Positions 38,421-52,934 of a stretch of 64,000 bases of DNA are shown one piece after another. Every line of letters begins with the position of its first letter. The first letter of the stretch is position 1. The DNA is from Octopus sinensis (taxonomy: Eukaryota). The notes under the pieces are model-generated. The model did no database searches and was not told the DNA's origin. It saw only the letters and a program-made list of their open reading frames with translations. The position numbers and the translations under genes were made by a program. The DNA lies in NCBI RefSeq assembly GCF_006345805.1, contig NC_043010.1:46128001-46192000 (forward strand), written 5' to 3'.

Positions 38421-39034
38421 AAGAATATATATATATATATATATATAAATAAAATATTACATGATGTGAACTGAAGAGCTTTCTACAAAACCAATAAGAG
38501 AGACCACTATGTGATTACTTAAACTGTTGGAAATAAAAACCAAATCTAATTTTACACATATAAATACTTATTAAATCAGACCAGAGAGTGTGTTAAATTA
38601 ATAAGGCACTAAAAGAGAATGACTCTCCCCAGACACAAAAACATATATCAATACACTTTCATCTTAAAAAAGAAAAAAAAAGTTAAGGACAAGTTAAATA
38701 ATCTTGTCTTAGATATGAATACAACAGGTTCTCACAAATATAATATTACGAGTTGAAAAACTCCAATCATGTGAAATTATTCAAGCAATTTGATAAACAA
38801 CAAAACCGAAAGAACCGTGTAAACATAATTTCAAAGCATCAGAGACTAGATCTAGTTCATTATCCATTTTAAAGTGTTTGCATCTACAATAAAACATTCC
38901 CTCATCATTTAAGAAATATTTATGCGAATTATGTTCCAAATGCTCAGCTCATTAATCCCTAAATTCTTGGTTATTTCAAAATGATTAAAACACATGGGCT
39001 GTGTCTTTTTTTATAAGAAATACAATTATAAAAG

Positions 39035-39437
39035 AGTTAGCCTTTTCGATACCAATCCACATCAGACTGTTCCTGGTTCTACAATTCAAACTTCCCATTT
39101 AAAAGTGATTTTAAATTAAGACCTTCCATCAAAATTTAAATCGTGTTCCATACACCAGCTTAATAATGATTTCAAATTTTGGTACATGTATGTGTGTTCA
39201 ACTGGCACTTATTTTATCAACCCTGAACGAATGAAAGGCAAAGTTTACCTCAATAGAATTGTAACTTGGAACGTAAAGACTGACATTTTGCCCGGTGTGC
39301 TATCACATCTGCCAGTTTGCTGCCTTTAAATGCCATCTTGATAATGACAGTTATGGTACTAAATTCTTCATTCTTTTCAAAATTAATTGAAACAATAGTC
39401 ATGTATTTCAACAGGAATATGGTAACAAGAGGGTTAA
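39035..39437. mobile_element. piggyBac-type MITE (P2-like) with an inserted family B SINE (about 39190-39330)
   Basis: ttagccttttcgatacc start and gaggg-TTAA end; body resembles 10562-10787. Confidence 0.65.
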
Positions 39438-40119
39438 GCATACCATATCTAAGAATTACGATCCAATTGGGAATACTTTTAGAAGTAGTTCTGATTCATT
39501 TTCATCTCCCAAGTAGAGATGATATCCAGAGAAAAGTAAATAATGAAATAAGTGTTTATTAATGGGTGTTTTCAGCAGTCCATACAGTTTTAGTTAGATA
39601 TATAGTTTTTATTTTTAATGTTAGTCTGGATGTTTTCCAACATTATCTGTTTTCTGCGATGCACATCTATGAAACAGTTATCAAAATCTCAGAACTCATT
39701 ATATTAGTTAATTGAATAAGTGGACTTATCATTTGAAAGATATGTTATTTTCTATTTATTTTCGTCCCACCCTGCAAAGAAATTGTCTAACCTTGTGATA
39801 GTTATCATCGTAGTTCTACAAGATATACCCTTTCTTACAGTGACACTTTAAGGCTTATAAGAGAGAAAATGTATTTCTATTTGTTCTCATTTTTGCATCT
39901 ACACACTGTAATAACATGAGAAACTAGAGCAGTTGTCTTTTTTCTTTGTTTTCTTTTTCAATTTTCATTTGTTTTTCTACACAGCAATGACATACAAGTC
40001 CAAGTGTTTTATAAAGGAAAATCTTTACTACTTCCAGCTAAGAAATATGTGTAACTGAACCAATTAGACAGCCTCTATACAGGTGCTAAACCTGCTAGAA
40101 ATAGTAGCCAAACTAAGGC

Positions 40120-40350
40120 AGTGAACTGGCAGAAACGTTAGCGCGCTGGGCGAAATGCTTAGCGATATTTCGTCTGTCTTTATGTTCTGAGTTCAAATTC
40201 CACCTAGGTCAACTTTGCCTTTCATCCTTTCGGGGTCGATAAATTAATTACCAGTTATGCACTGGGGTCGATGTAATCGACTTAATCCCTTTGTCTGTCC
40301 TTGTTTGTCCCCTCTATGTTTAGCCCCTTGTGGGCAATAAAGAAATAAGA
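40120..40350 (+). mobile_element. SINE family B with TSD
   Basis: TSD agaaatagtagccaaa on both sides. Confidence 0.9.
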
Positions 40351-40454
40351 AATAGTAGCCAAATACTCTACAAATAGTATACTTGGAAGAACACAAGATA
40401 GTCATGGCTTGAAAATTTTTGATCAGAGATCTGTCCATTTAGGGCCAAAATTTG

Positions 40455-40740
40455 TAGGCCGTCTGCCAGCCTCGTCTGGCACCTGTGTCGGTGGCACATA
40501 AAAAACACCATCCGAGCGTGGCCGTTTGCCAGCCTCGTCTGGCACCTGTGTCGGTGGCACATAAAATCACCCACTACACTCTCGGAGTAGTTGGCGTTAG
40601 GAAGGGCATCCAGCTGTAGAAACACTGCCAGATCTGACTGGACTGGTGCAGCTTTCGGGCTCCCCAGACCCCAGTTGAACCGTCCAACCCATGCTAGCAT
40701 GGAAAGCGGACGTTAAATGATGATGATGAAGATGATGATA
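40455..40740 (+). mobile_element. Young SINE family C copy with 2 tandem units
   Basis: Reverse complement of 2935-3195 with one substitution in the body. Confidence 0.92.
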
Positions 40741-40827
40741 TAAACTATTACAAAACTTCTACATAGCCATTTCATTTATTCAATTTTCTAGCTGATTCTC
40801 TGTTAATAGATTCCTATCCATATTTAA

Positions 40828-41035
40828 CCCTTTACTAAATCTGGTCAAAAAGTTCTTCCTGTTTTATGTTCAAACTGGCCAGATCCAGCCTCTTACAACT
40901 ATACTACAATGTTAGTCTAAAATATATACAGTCACTTAATTGAAATTTCAAAGCTACCAGATTTTGCAGGACAAATTCAAAACAATGTGAATAAATATGC
41001 ATTACTTTTGATAGAATAATCTAGATGCTAAAGGA
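40828..41035. mobile_element. piggyBac-type MITE P1 (reverse orientation)
   Basis: TTAA-ccctt ... aagga-TTAA. Confidence 0.75.
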
Positions 41036-41574
41036 TTAATATGACCCTTTAAAAAAAAAAAAAAATTCCAAAATAATAAAACAATCTACATCTTGATAAA
41101 AGCTGATTGACCTTTCTTGGCAATATTATTTGAAACCTTCCCTTTGGTTAGCTATATTGTAGATTATTTAAAGCAGGACTGACTAGAGGTTCTTCATTTG
41201 TGAATTTACTTTCAGCGAGATATTTTGTTGAAGAAAGTTATATTCCTTTATTTTCTGGCTTTAGCTCCCTGTTGGGAATGGAGTCAAATACTAGTAATGT
41301 GCTTGGAGTCATTTCAGTCTACCACCTCTCTTCCCTATAAATTTATGGTTTGTCCCATAAATAGGTGCAGGCAAGGCTGGTTGGATACAGAGTTTACTTC
41401 AAAACCATGTAGCGATCAAAATAAGAAGTTTGTATCTTAGAATCAGAGGTGGTTTCAGTCAGGTTGTTATCAAAAGAGTTAAACTTTGGGAGTATTAAAA
41501 CAAAAAAATATGCAGTTAAACTATAACTTTTCAAAAAATGTGCCACTCTAAGAAATTATTTTTGAGAACTACTT

Positions 41575-41710
41575 TGTGTTTATGACTATGGTCATAGCAT
41601 TTTCCTTCAAACTGCCAGTCTTTGGAACTCTCTTCCATTTCATTGTTTTCTCCCTTTGTATGATCTGAACTCTTTCAAGTCTAAAGCAAATTCATTCCTT
41701 TTGTCTTAAT
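41575..41710 (+). mobile_element. CR1/Jockey-like LINE extreme 3-prime fragment
   Basis: SIFLQTASLWNSLPFHCFLPLYDLNSFKSKAN matches SF.PRT..LWNSLP...FP..YDL.SFKS. Confidence 0.6.
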
Positions 41711-42367
41711 TTCTTCTTCTTCTTCATAGTTCCTGACACTAAGTAGCTTCTTGTATTGTTTGGAATTTTCTAAAGTAAAAAAAAAAGAAAGAAAAAGAAA
41801 ATAGAAAAAAGTGTAAACTTCTGACTCAAATTCATTATTTGGTGATTGTTCAGGAAGCAGTGGTAGAGCCATTAACATATAGGACAAAATGCATTGCTCT
41901 ATTTATTAGATCTCTGTAATCTAGGTTCAAGTTCTGCTATGGTCAACTTTGCTTTTTGTCCTTTCAGGGTCAATAAAATAAAGTACTAGTTCAGAGAAGT
42001 TAGTGCTGGATGAAATGCTTTCCACCATTTTCTTGACTCACTGTGTTCCAAGTTTTTGGGTAACAATACTAGGTTGTATTTGGGTGTACTCTTAGCAGAA
42101 TTTATTCTGTTACAGGATTCAGGCCAGGACTCCAGTTCAAAGATAAATTTCTCCCTTCTCTCCACTATTCTCAAAGGTTCTGAAAAAAAAAAAAAAAATC
42201 AAGGATTATGGACATTGCCATTCCTCCCTAAGCTGAATAATAAAAACAATAAAATCAAGTAGAGCTATACTCAAAAGTGTTCTGGCCAAGACCATTCTGG
42301 AAGTCTTTTCTTATCTCTTAGTTTATTTCAGACTACATTATCTGTGTCCTTCCTTTATTCTTCTTAA

Positions 42368-42589
42368 CCCTTTAACATTCAGCTTTCTCTGCCAAATATG
42401 ATGCTTATTTATTCATATTGTTTTGAATTAATTATGCATTATCTTGTAGCTTTGAGATTTTGATGATGAGATTGCTTCTTTTTAGAATGACATTGTAGGA
42501 TCCACGTGAGAGGCCAAATCTGGTTGGTTTAAACATAAAACTGTTAGAATATTTGGATTGGATCTAGCCCCAGTTCAAATGCTAATGGG
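42368..42589. mobile_element. piggyBac-type MITE P1 inserted in another repeat
   Basis: TTAA-ccctttaacattcag start and gctaatggg end. Confidence 0.75.
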
Positions 42590-44129
42590 TTGGGTGATTT
42601 CAAGAAGATTTGGCTGCTACTTCTAGCAGATCAAGCACTCATATAACAACTCTGTCTTCATCTCTTGTAACTATTTCCACTTCACTCATTTTGCTGTTAT
42701 TCAATGAGTAGGCATGAACATCACAATGTGTACATGAAACCCATTTCGTCCTCCTTTATTGTCAATTGAGCGTAATAATTGTCTACTGATGGATATCTAT
42801 CTGTTTTAAGTTAAGTAGCTGATGCTATCACACCAGTATGAGATAAATAAAATATTCACTGATAGAGCCATTCATTGATTTCTAATGTAATATCAATTTG
42901 TCTATTGAAGTTTTTCCATTAATTATACATTTTTTGTGGGTTTTTTTCTACCATTTTTCATAATCTTATATTTGCCAGCAAGGGAGAAGAGATTTTAATT
43001 CCCATCTTCAGTTTGACTCAACACACAGTGCTACAAGTCTACACTGGAGAGGTGTTGTCAAATAAACTGATCCTATTTGTCGACCCTGGAGTGGTGAAAG
43101 ACAGAGCTGACTCAAATGAGATATGAACTTAGAATATTGGTGGATTTTATTATAAACATTGTAAGGCATTTTCTCTGGGATTCCACTATTTCTGCTGTCA
43201 GTAAAAATGACATTATATAGCTCCATTCATTAACACTTCACTTGTTGTCAAGATTCAGTGACATTTGTCCAGATTATTCTAATTCAGGCCCAAACTGTCT
43301 TTAGATTCTCAACATCGGCATCATCATCACTCTCTCTTTTTCTCGCTCTGTCTCTCTTATTACCTTTATCTCTAACCCTCTCTTTATTTCCTTTCTTTCT
43401 CCCTCTTTATTTTATCTCACTTTTCCCCTTATTTTCTTTTTTGTTCTCTTTATTTCTCTCACGCATTTATCCCAGACAATCTACTGAGTGGTTATCTTTA
43501 AATCAGCCAGTTTATTCTTGAACTGTGTGATCATATCGCTCTCCTTGCTGTTTTATTGTTTGACTTGACTTGATGTATTATTATGTCTCAGTTTTGTGAC
43601 TGATTCTCTGATAATGGTTATTTGTAATAACTTACTGTCCTATCCACGTTGTGCCTTAACTTCTAAAGCATTGAATTCTAAGAGTTACTTAAACATTTTT
43701 CTTGATCCACCTAGCTTCTTATCTCTTTGTTAGGTTGAAATAAGTTGCTGTTAGTACTACTAATGTTTAGTTTAAATTGTTTCATTTATCATTATGATAT
43801 ATTAATTTATTATAGCTGAAAGAATCACTAGCATGCTGGACTAAAATGTTTAGTGACATTTCATTTAGTTTTATATAATGGGTTCAAATGCTACCAAGCT
43901 ATGACTGGTGGTGAGCTGGCAGAATTGTTAGCATGCTGGACAAAATGCTGGGTGGCATTTCTACTGGCTTTTCATGAGTTCAAATTCCACTGAGGTCAAC
44001 TTTGCCTTTCTCCTTCAAGGTCAATAAAATAAGTACCAGCAGAGCATTGGAGTTGATGAAATTGGCTAACCCCCTCCCTGAAAATTGCAGGTTATCTGCT
44101 TGTTTATTTTATTTTTTTATGCACCCTTT

Positions 44130-44660
44130 TCAAGCCTAGCGAGGCTCATGGGCCTGGTTTCCCAGTTTCTGTGGCGTATGTGTTCCCCCCCAGTCCATCG
44201 CAGTATTACTCAAGAAACAGGAAGAGAGAGTAAGAGAAAGTTGGGGCGAAAGAGTACAACAGGGGTTGCCACCACACCCTGCTGAAGCCTCGTAGAGCTT
44301 TTAGGTGTTTTCGCTCAATAAACACATACAATGCCCAGTCTGGGAATTGAAACCATGATCCTCCGACCATGAGTCCACTGTACTAACCAGTGGGCCATTG
44401 TGCCTCCACATGTTCCTTCTCGAGCCATGACAGGCTCATAAGGGCTGGTTTCCTGGTTTCAGGGGCGTAAAACTTCCCCACCTGGACAGGACGCCAGTCC
44501 ATCGCAGGATTACTCATTTTTGCCAGCTGAGTGGACTGGAGCAATGTGAAATGAAGTGTTTTGCTCAAGAACACAACGCATCACCCAGTCCAGGAATCGA
44601 AACTACAACCTTACGATCATGAGGTCAACACCCTAACCACTAAGCCATACACCTCCACAT
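44130..44660 (-). mobile_element. Tandem SINEs D1 (44130-44410) and D2 (44415-44660, Deu/Nin-type central domain)
   Basis: Same tRNA-like head and 3-prime tail; D2 centre reads gtgttcttgagcaaaacacttcatttcacattgctccagtccactcagctggcaaaaatgagtaa on the minus strand. Confidence 0.8.
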
Positions 44661-45023
44661 GTGCTTGTAGTAGGAAGAATTATTGTTAAAGCCAGGAGCC
44701 ATCAAAATCATTTGCTGGACAAAATGCTTAGCCCTTTTTTCTTACCAAATATCTGTTGAAGCACACTACCTTTGTTTCAATTAATTCTGAAAATATCACT
44801 CTTTTACTTGTTTCAGTCATTTGACTGTGGCCATGCTGGAGCACTGCCTTTAGTCGAGCAAATCGACCCCAAGACTTATTCTTTGTTTAGCCTAGTACTT
44901 ATTCTATCGGTCTCTTTTGCCGAACCACTAAGTTACAGGGACGTTAACACACCACCATCAGTTGTCAAGCAATGTTGGGGGAACAAACACAGACACAAAC
45001 ATATACACACACACACACACACA

Positions 45024-45054
<31 letters not shown>

Positions 45055-45789
45055 CATATATACGACAGGCTTCTTTCAGTTTCCCTCTACCAAATCCACT
45101 CACAAGGCTTTGGGCAGCCTGAGGTTATAGTAGAAGACACTTGCTCAAGGTGCCACACAGTGGGACTGAACCCGGAACCATGTGGTTCGTAAACAAGCTA
45201 CTTACCACACAGCCACCCCTAAACTCTAAAAAAAAAAGAAAATTACTATTCAGTTTATAAATTGAGCCTTTCATCACTTTCACAATGTTTTAGTGAAAAG
45301 AATGAAGGTAAGAGATAATTTTAATGAAAATTTATGTTGGTAAACTGCCGTTTTTGAAAACCATAAATGGGATTTTTTGGGGTTCATTATTTTATTTATT
45401 TATTTTTCAAAAGAGTTTAGTGACAGCAGTTAGCAGCTGTATATCAAGAAACTCTCTTATTGTATCAATAAACACATCTGGACATAATTTATGCTAATGT
45501 TGTTGGAATGAGGAAGGTAATCTAACCAGAAAGCTGCTGCATGTGAGCTATTGGAGCGGTATGGGGAGATATGAATATGTATATATGCATGTGTGTATAA
45601 TTTTTTTTTAACATCTATGTAAATGAAGATGTCTATATCTGTTTTAATCTACATGTATAGTTTCCTTACACCCCCCCCATCTATCTAACCCCCCTTTACA
45701 CACACGCACATCTATTTATCTACAAACACATCTTTTTCTCTTTCTCTCCAGACACACACATCTATTTATCTATCTATCTATTTATCTAT

Positions 45790-45861
<72 letters not shown>

Positions 45862-45936
45862 CCACATATACACACACATACCCTTCTCTTTAATGACCTT
45901 GGTTTTCTCTTGTCATTCCCTCTTTACGTAACCCAG

Positions 45937-45968
45937 CTGTGTGAAAAAAGAAGGAGCAGATAATGCAG
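45937..45968 (+). CDS. Candidate 32-nt microexon CVKKEGADNA
   Basis: Long pyrimidine tract ggttttctcttgtcattccctctttacgtaacccag; purine-rich exon; donor CAG|gtaatt; the only open frame is phase 2 to phase 1. Confidence 0.5.
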
Positions 45969-47834
45969 GTAATTGGAAACTCTATAAGCCTTGCCTGGGA
46001 CAAGACAACCCCTGGGAAGCTGATGAACAAGGAGAGAGAGAGAGAGTGCAGGATAAAAATTACTCTTTAATCAGGCAGGGAACAAGACAACCTCTCTAGT
46101 GTCAGTGCCATGATAAAAATGCACCCAATGCACTCTGTATGTAAAGGAATGGTATTCAGTTGCTGAAACCAGAATAAGAATTGGCTTAGACAGGAACAAT
46201 CTATCCAAACCATGCCAGCATGCAAAAATGGATGTAAAATGGTGATGACGATGATGATTTGTCTGTCCCTCTCTGTCTGTTATTTAACCCCAGGTGAACC
46301 TTGATTAGCTAGACCTATGATGTTAAATGATCCAGTTGTAACTATCCTATCTTTCTTAGGGTTATTTTGAACTACATTATCTGATGTATCTTTTCCTCTT
46401 TTATGTCATTAGGGTATGACTTGTAAGGAATTTAGCTGCTACTTTTTGCTAGTAAAGTGACTCTGTAAAGACTCCTTTGTGAGCTCGTACTCTCATCAGG
46501 TGTGGGCTTGTATTCTCACAAGGGGGTGTGGAGCCAACAAGGAACCAAAGAGCTGGCTGGCTGTGATTGTCTAGCTGTCTACCTGTTTATCTCTGGCTGT
46601 CAGTCTGTCTGACTTTGGCTATTTGACTGTCTGTCTGCATGGCTGTGTTTCTGTCAATCAATATTGATGACGATGGTTTTTTTTTTCTTCTTTGTATTAT
46701 AATCTGTTTGAAATGCATGAATAATACATAACGATCTTAACTACAAACATGTCCATACAGTTAAATTTATTGTCAGCAAAATAGTAATTAGATTTTTTCC
46801 GAATCATCTTAATTCAGTCCTATGGATCTTCTTTTATTTTCGTTCTCCAGCCCCTCTTTTGCTGGGTTTTAAAAGCCTTTGTAATTTAATCCAGGAATGA
46901 AACTCAGATGCTGACCAGTAGAGAAGAGGTACATCTTTATAATAATCTAAATCCGTGGTCTGTTTTTACTTGTAGCTATACATTTCAATTCAAAATTTTG
47001 TTTATAACATTTATAAAGAAAAAAGAGAAATAAGAAAGGAAAAATGGGGAGTAGGGGGTAAAGCAGCACAAGATAGAGGGGAAGGAAGCGATGGGCTTCG
47101 AACCCTAGAACATATGGTATGCTCAGCCTCACCCCACAGTAATGACTGTGATGGCGTTGCTGTGGAGACTAGTCTGTGGCATTTGCTGTGGCAGCCCCTT
47201 CACCTTGCAGGGTCTCATTTCTCTGACAGGCCATTATTGTCCCTATTTTGTGGAGGAAATTGGTAGTACAAGGTCTGAAAACACCTGATGTCTCAATGCT
47301 GACCAGCACAAACTCATAGTGGCCAGTCTGGCCCCTTCAATTATTGATTGTTTTCATTTGTCTTCTGTGCTTGTTTGTGTGTAACCTTGCCTTGACATTA
47401 GAGAAGTCGAGTAACTAAGTAGCTTCCAGCTACCAGGTTGTGAGTTTATATTTTACAATAGGTATTATGTATATAGTATGATACTTACTTCATCTCACTT
47501 GCCTTTTGAATTTATATCTTGTCTGAGGAATTATTATTATTGTTGTCTTCATCATTATTTTTAATGTTCACTTTTTCTTGCATTTTATAGGTCAGATGGA
47601 GTTTATTGAGGTCAATTTTCTAAGGCCAGATTCCTATCCTGTCATTAACTCTCACTCTTTTTCAGACAAGATAATATTTTCCCATGGTTAGACATGTTCT
47701 TGGAAATGAGTGACACTGCATATATGACAGTGATGCTCACTTAAGAGTATCAAGCAATGTGTCATAGCAAGGTTATATACAAACATGTACACAACATATA
47801 TATTACATACAATATATATATATATATGTATGTA

Positions 47835-48086
47835 TTGGGTTGGTGCATAATTATTGTGACTTTCTTTCAACAAATTTTATTCAACAATAACAATAACAAC
47901 ATATAACAAAAACATCTTTAAGTGATTATTCTGGAGCATATTCACCATCTACTTCAATTACTGCTTCCCATTTTCTTGGCAGACGGTCAGACCATCATTT
48001 AAAGATGTTTTTGTTAAATAGTGTTATTGTTTTTGTTGAATAAAATTTGCTGAAAAAAAAGCCACAAAAATTATGCACCAATCCAA
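47835..48086. mobile_element. mariner-derived MITE
   Basis: TA TSD; TIR ttgggttggtgcataatt / aattatgcaccaatccaa with about 90-bp inverted arms; internal minus-strand LPRKWEAVIEVDGEYAPE* is a mariner C-terminus. Confidence 0.88.
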
Positions 48087-49729
48087 TATATATATATATA
48101 AAACATATGTATTTACACACAACTGGCTTCTTTCAGTTTCCATCTACCAAACCTACTCACAAGGCTTTGGTTGACTCAGGGCTATAGTGGAAGACAATTG
48201 CTTAAGATTTCACACAGTTGGACTGAACTCAAAATCATGTGATTGAAAAGCAAACTTTTCAAGCACACAGCCATACCTGCTCCAACTGTAGTTATTTTAA
48301 AGTTGGTAAAGGCAGTGAACTGGCAGAACCGTTAACACACTAGGCAGAATGCTTAGCAGCATTTCATCCTTTTTTACATTCTGCTTTCAAATTTTGCTTG
48401 GGTTGTCTTTGCCTTTCATCCTTTTGAGGTCAATGAAATTAGTACTTGTTGCACACTGGTTTGATGCAATTGACTTATCCCCTCTGCCTGAAACTGCTGG
48501 CCTTGTGCGAAAAATTTAAAACCATTATTTTAAAGTTGGTGTCTTGCCACACTAGATGCTTTTTAGTTACATCCCTTTGATTGGAAACCTCACTGACGTG
48601 AGATTTGTTTCTCATTTCTACTTCAACAATAAGATGAATACCACAGTTAGATTGACTAACTCAGTCATACCTCCCATCAAACTTTCATCTACAAGTTAGT
48701 GCCAATGTAAGAAATCATTAATATTTAATGCCATTTATAGGGTGGTTGATGGCAGAAGCAGGAAGGTACTAAATACCTTGTGCAACTTTACTTAACATGT
48801 TTTCATGGTCAATAAAATAAAGTATCATTCAAGTACTAATGTTGATTAAAATGACTGAATTTCTTCTGTCGTCAAAATGGTGGCTTTGTGTTAAGTTGGA
48901 AATCAATATTTTGTTCCATTTCTACATTCAGATTGTTTTACAAAGCTCTGTTATTCTAACACTTTGATATTGACTCTATATTGCAATCAGCCACGATATC
49001 ACTTTCATTAAACAATGTGTTAATCACACTCTTGAAACACCCTTGTAAATAAAATCATGTTTTTTGTTTATTTCTTTTTTATTTTCCTTTTTTTATTTCT
49101 AATTTAAAAAAAATGTATTACTATCGTTTATATATCATGATACAAATTATTACTGTCTATAAGTGGTGCGATAATAAAAGTGGGAGACCATTTGATTAAA
49201 TAAGGGCTTAGTAGTATTTAGATGGGATTTGTGGAGCATCAGAAGACACTACAAATCTGAATAAACTTTAAAATGAAAATAGTGAATTGACAGAATTACT
49301 CTTTTACTTGTTTCAGTCATTTGACTGCAGCCATGCTGGAGCACTGCCTTTAGTCGAACAAATCGACCCCAGGACTTATTCTTTGTAAGCCTAGTACTTA
49401 TTCTATCGGTCTCTTTCGCCGAACTGCTAAGTTATGGGGACGTATGCACACCAGCATCGGTTGTCAAGCGATGTTGGGAGGACAAACACACACGCACACA
49501 CATATGACGGGCTTCTTTCAGTTTCCCTTTACCAAATCCACTCACAAGGCTTTGGTTGGCCCAAGGCTATAGTTGAAGACACTTGCCCAAGCTGCCATGC
49601 AGTGGAACTGAACCCAGAACCATATGGTTCGTAAGCAAGCTACTTACTACACAGCCACTCCTACGCCTATGGTTGAATTTCAAACTGAATAGCTTTTGGT
49701 TTTTATTGGAATCGACTGAAGGAAGGTAT

Positions 49730-49985
49730 TGTGTTTGTCTGTGGCCTTCAAGGACCTCCTCTGAGCCTGGTGGAATCACGGCAGCTGGCATTCTTTATAA
49801 ACAGCTGCAAGATGTTGCATTCTTAGGGAGAAGGATAAAGGTTAGTGGTTAGTGAAAGGCCTGGGGTGAGGTAGTGGACACATTGAGTGACAAGGAAGGA
49901 GGAGACGAGTGAGCAAGCTCTGAGGAGTAGAGGCCATGGAAGTAGCAGTAGAAAAGATGGAGAGAGGAGCATGCATGTTTCTATT
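49730..49985 (-). mobile_element. CR1/Jockey-like LINE 3-prime fragment
   Basis: Decayed LSIFST..MASTPQSLLTRL...HPRPFTNH..SLR..YKECQL pattern, apparently the same type as 41575. Confidence 0.4.
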
Positions 49986-50218
49986 ATTTAGTCCCATTCC
50001 TTTACATTCTGATTTCAAATTTCACTATACTCTTTGACTGCGGCCATGCTGGAGCACCGCCTTTAGTTGGACAAATCGACCCAGGACTTATTCTTTGTAA
50101 ACCTAGTACATATTCTATTGGTCTCTGTTGCCAAACTGCTAAGTTACGGGGACATAAACACATCACCAAGCAATGTTGGTGGGGTGGGGTGGGGACAAAC
50201 ACAGGCACCCAAACATAT

Positions 50219-50257
<39 letters not shown>

Positions 50258-51239
50258 CATATATATGACGGGCTTCTTTCAGTTTCCGTCTACCAAATCC
50301 ACTCACAAGGCTTTGGTCAGCCTGAGGCTATAGCAGAAGACACTTGCCCAAGGTGCCACACACACACACATACATACAACAGGCTTCTGCACAGTTTCCA
50401 TCTGCCAAATTCACTCAACAGGCATTTGTCGGCTCTAGGACAAAAAAAGAGAAGGCATGGTCATGAATGAAATGCTTTTGATCACAGATTTGTGTTCTGT
50501 AAGAACTGACATAGAGCTAAGACATCAATAACAACCATCACATCATGCAAAGTTCTATTGAAAACAGCGGGAGTTGGAGCACATTATGCAATTGACAGCT
50601 GCTTTGTTGGTTTATGCAGCGATCAGCTCAAACCTTCCTTCTCATCAAGTACATAAAAAAAGCTTGTGATGCAGTTGAAACATCCAGGATGTCTGAGCAC
50701 ATGGCAGTGTAAAATATATCTCAGCTGCTTAAAATCTGTTTATCCATCAGCAGCAGTTACATCATCATTTGGTAGATAAAATAAGAAATATAAAAAAAAA
50801 AAAGAAGTTTTGAAAAAGAATCCATTTTCCCCCTTTTGAAATATTTTTGATACAATGAAACACATTGTGGCTTATGGCATTAATGCTAATTTAAACATTG
50901 TTGTAAGGATTATCTCTAGTTTATTTTGAGTGATTTCTCTTATATTGTTTTAAATCCCTTGAGGTTTTGCTATTCTGGAATTCTTACAATGTTACTGAAG
51001 ATAGTAGTCTTATGTACCGAACAGGCAGATTTTTTTCTTTTTTTTGCTTGTAACCAACTGTAAACTTCAGAGATAAACTAAATTATTTAGCTTTTATGCA
51101 TAACAAAGTGGAAAATAAATATAAATGGAAAGGCCGTGTGCATGTTAACGGTAGATATCCTATGTAAGTATGCACACGCAATACATATATGCTAATTTGT
51201 GGATTCACACATTCATGTATGCACTCATATTTAGACACA

Positions 51240-51455
51240 CATACATATTTATTTGTATGTATGTATGTATGTATATATATATATATATACACACATATAT
51301 ATACACCACACATATATATACACATATATATATACACACACATATATATACACATATATATATACACACACACATATATATATACACACACATATATATA
51401 CACACACACACACATATATATACACACACACATATATATATATATACACACACAC

Positions 51456-51486
<31 letters not shown>

Positions 51487-51630
51487 CACATATATATATA
51501 CACATATATATATACACATATATATATATACACACACACATATATATATATACACACATATATATATACACACATATATCTATATACACACATATCTATA
51601 TACACATACACACACATTTATGTATATATA
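51240..51630. repeat. Degenerate (TA)n(CA)n microsatellite
   Basis: Direct reading. Confidence 0.97.
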
Positions 51631-51851
51631 CCTGCATGCTTACGTATGCATTTGTGTTCTCATATTTACACACGCATACTAAAGCACTTCATTATATAGT
51701 TGCATACTTACTCATGCGTGCGTGTGCGCTTGCATATTTCAGTACATGTACCTCGGCACTTGCATATTCACACACGCCTGTATGCACTTGCAGATTTACA
51801 TGCTTGTTGTACATTTATTCTTGAATACACAGACATGCACACACACACACA

Positions 51852-51882
<31 letters not shown>

Positions 51883-52934
51883 CACAAATTAAAGTGCATG
51901 TACATACTTGCTCACTCAGTGATGTTTTACTTCCTTCTCACAGATGCTTGTCTATACATGCATGTATGCACTTGCATGCCAATGCATGTGTACACATCTC
52001 TACCCCCCCCCCCACACACACGCACACATACATATGTATACATACACACACATTCATTTCTGCACATGTATGAATATCTACACTTGCCTTTATACAACAG
52101 GTTACATGCAATACGTATATATGTATTCATGTATGAACTTGTGTGCATTTGTGTATGCATTTTCTCACACAAAGTATTACACTTGTATACAAATACATAC
52201 ATTTCCATTGTGCAAACATATACACACATACTACATATATATATATATACACACGTGTACCAATACCCACATGTATATGTATGCATGCATCAACAAACTC
52301 ACTAACATACACATGTACCAATAGCCACACATTAACACAGGCACACTCATGTACATGCACACACACACAGATGCACGTCCCAATCTTAGCAAAATAAGCT
52401 AAATGTCAACTTCCTGAATGAAGAGGATATCCATAGATAGAATAAAACCCAAATATAGTGGAAGTGACCTTGAAGCTATTTAAAATCACATAAACTTTCC
52501 ACTTCATTTTATTATTTCCACTTTTATTTTGCCTTCTGTACTAATATCAAAAACTTACAGGCGTAGGCATGACTGTGTGGTAAGAAGCTTGCTTCCTAAT
52601 CACAAGGTTCCTGGTTCAGTCCCACTGCATGGTACCTTGGGCAAGTGTCTTCTACTATAGTCTCAGAACAACCAAAGCCCTGTGAGTGGACTTAGTACAC
52701 AGAAAATGAAAGAAACCTATCGTGTGTGTGTGTGTTTGCCTTCTCCCCATTACTTGACAACTGGTGTTGTTGTGTTATGTCCCTGTAACTTAGCGGTTCA
52801 GCAAAAAGGAGACCAATAGAATAAGTACCAGGCTTAACAAAAAATAAATAAATAAAAATAAGTACTGGTGTTGATTCATTTGACTAAAAATTCTTCAAAG
52901 CAGTGCCCCAGCATGGTCACAGTCTGATGACTGA

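Noticed and set aside
42979-43130. Plus-strand exon after atatttgccag
   Set aside because: The downstream half is a decayed family B SINE, the donor is weak and the phase does not fit the other candidates
46545-46570. miR-2 family gene (reverse complement gctggctgtgat)
   Set aside because: Partial match inside a low-complexity tract, with no precursor hairpin
48741-48765. 25-nt microexon
   Set aside because: Signals are moderate and its end phase is incompatible with the stronger 56262 exon
49866-49880. let-7 (tgaggtagt)
   Set aside because: Seed-only match inside a LINE fragment
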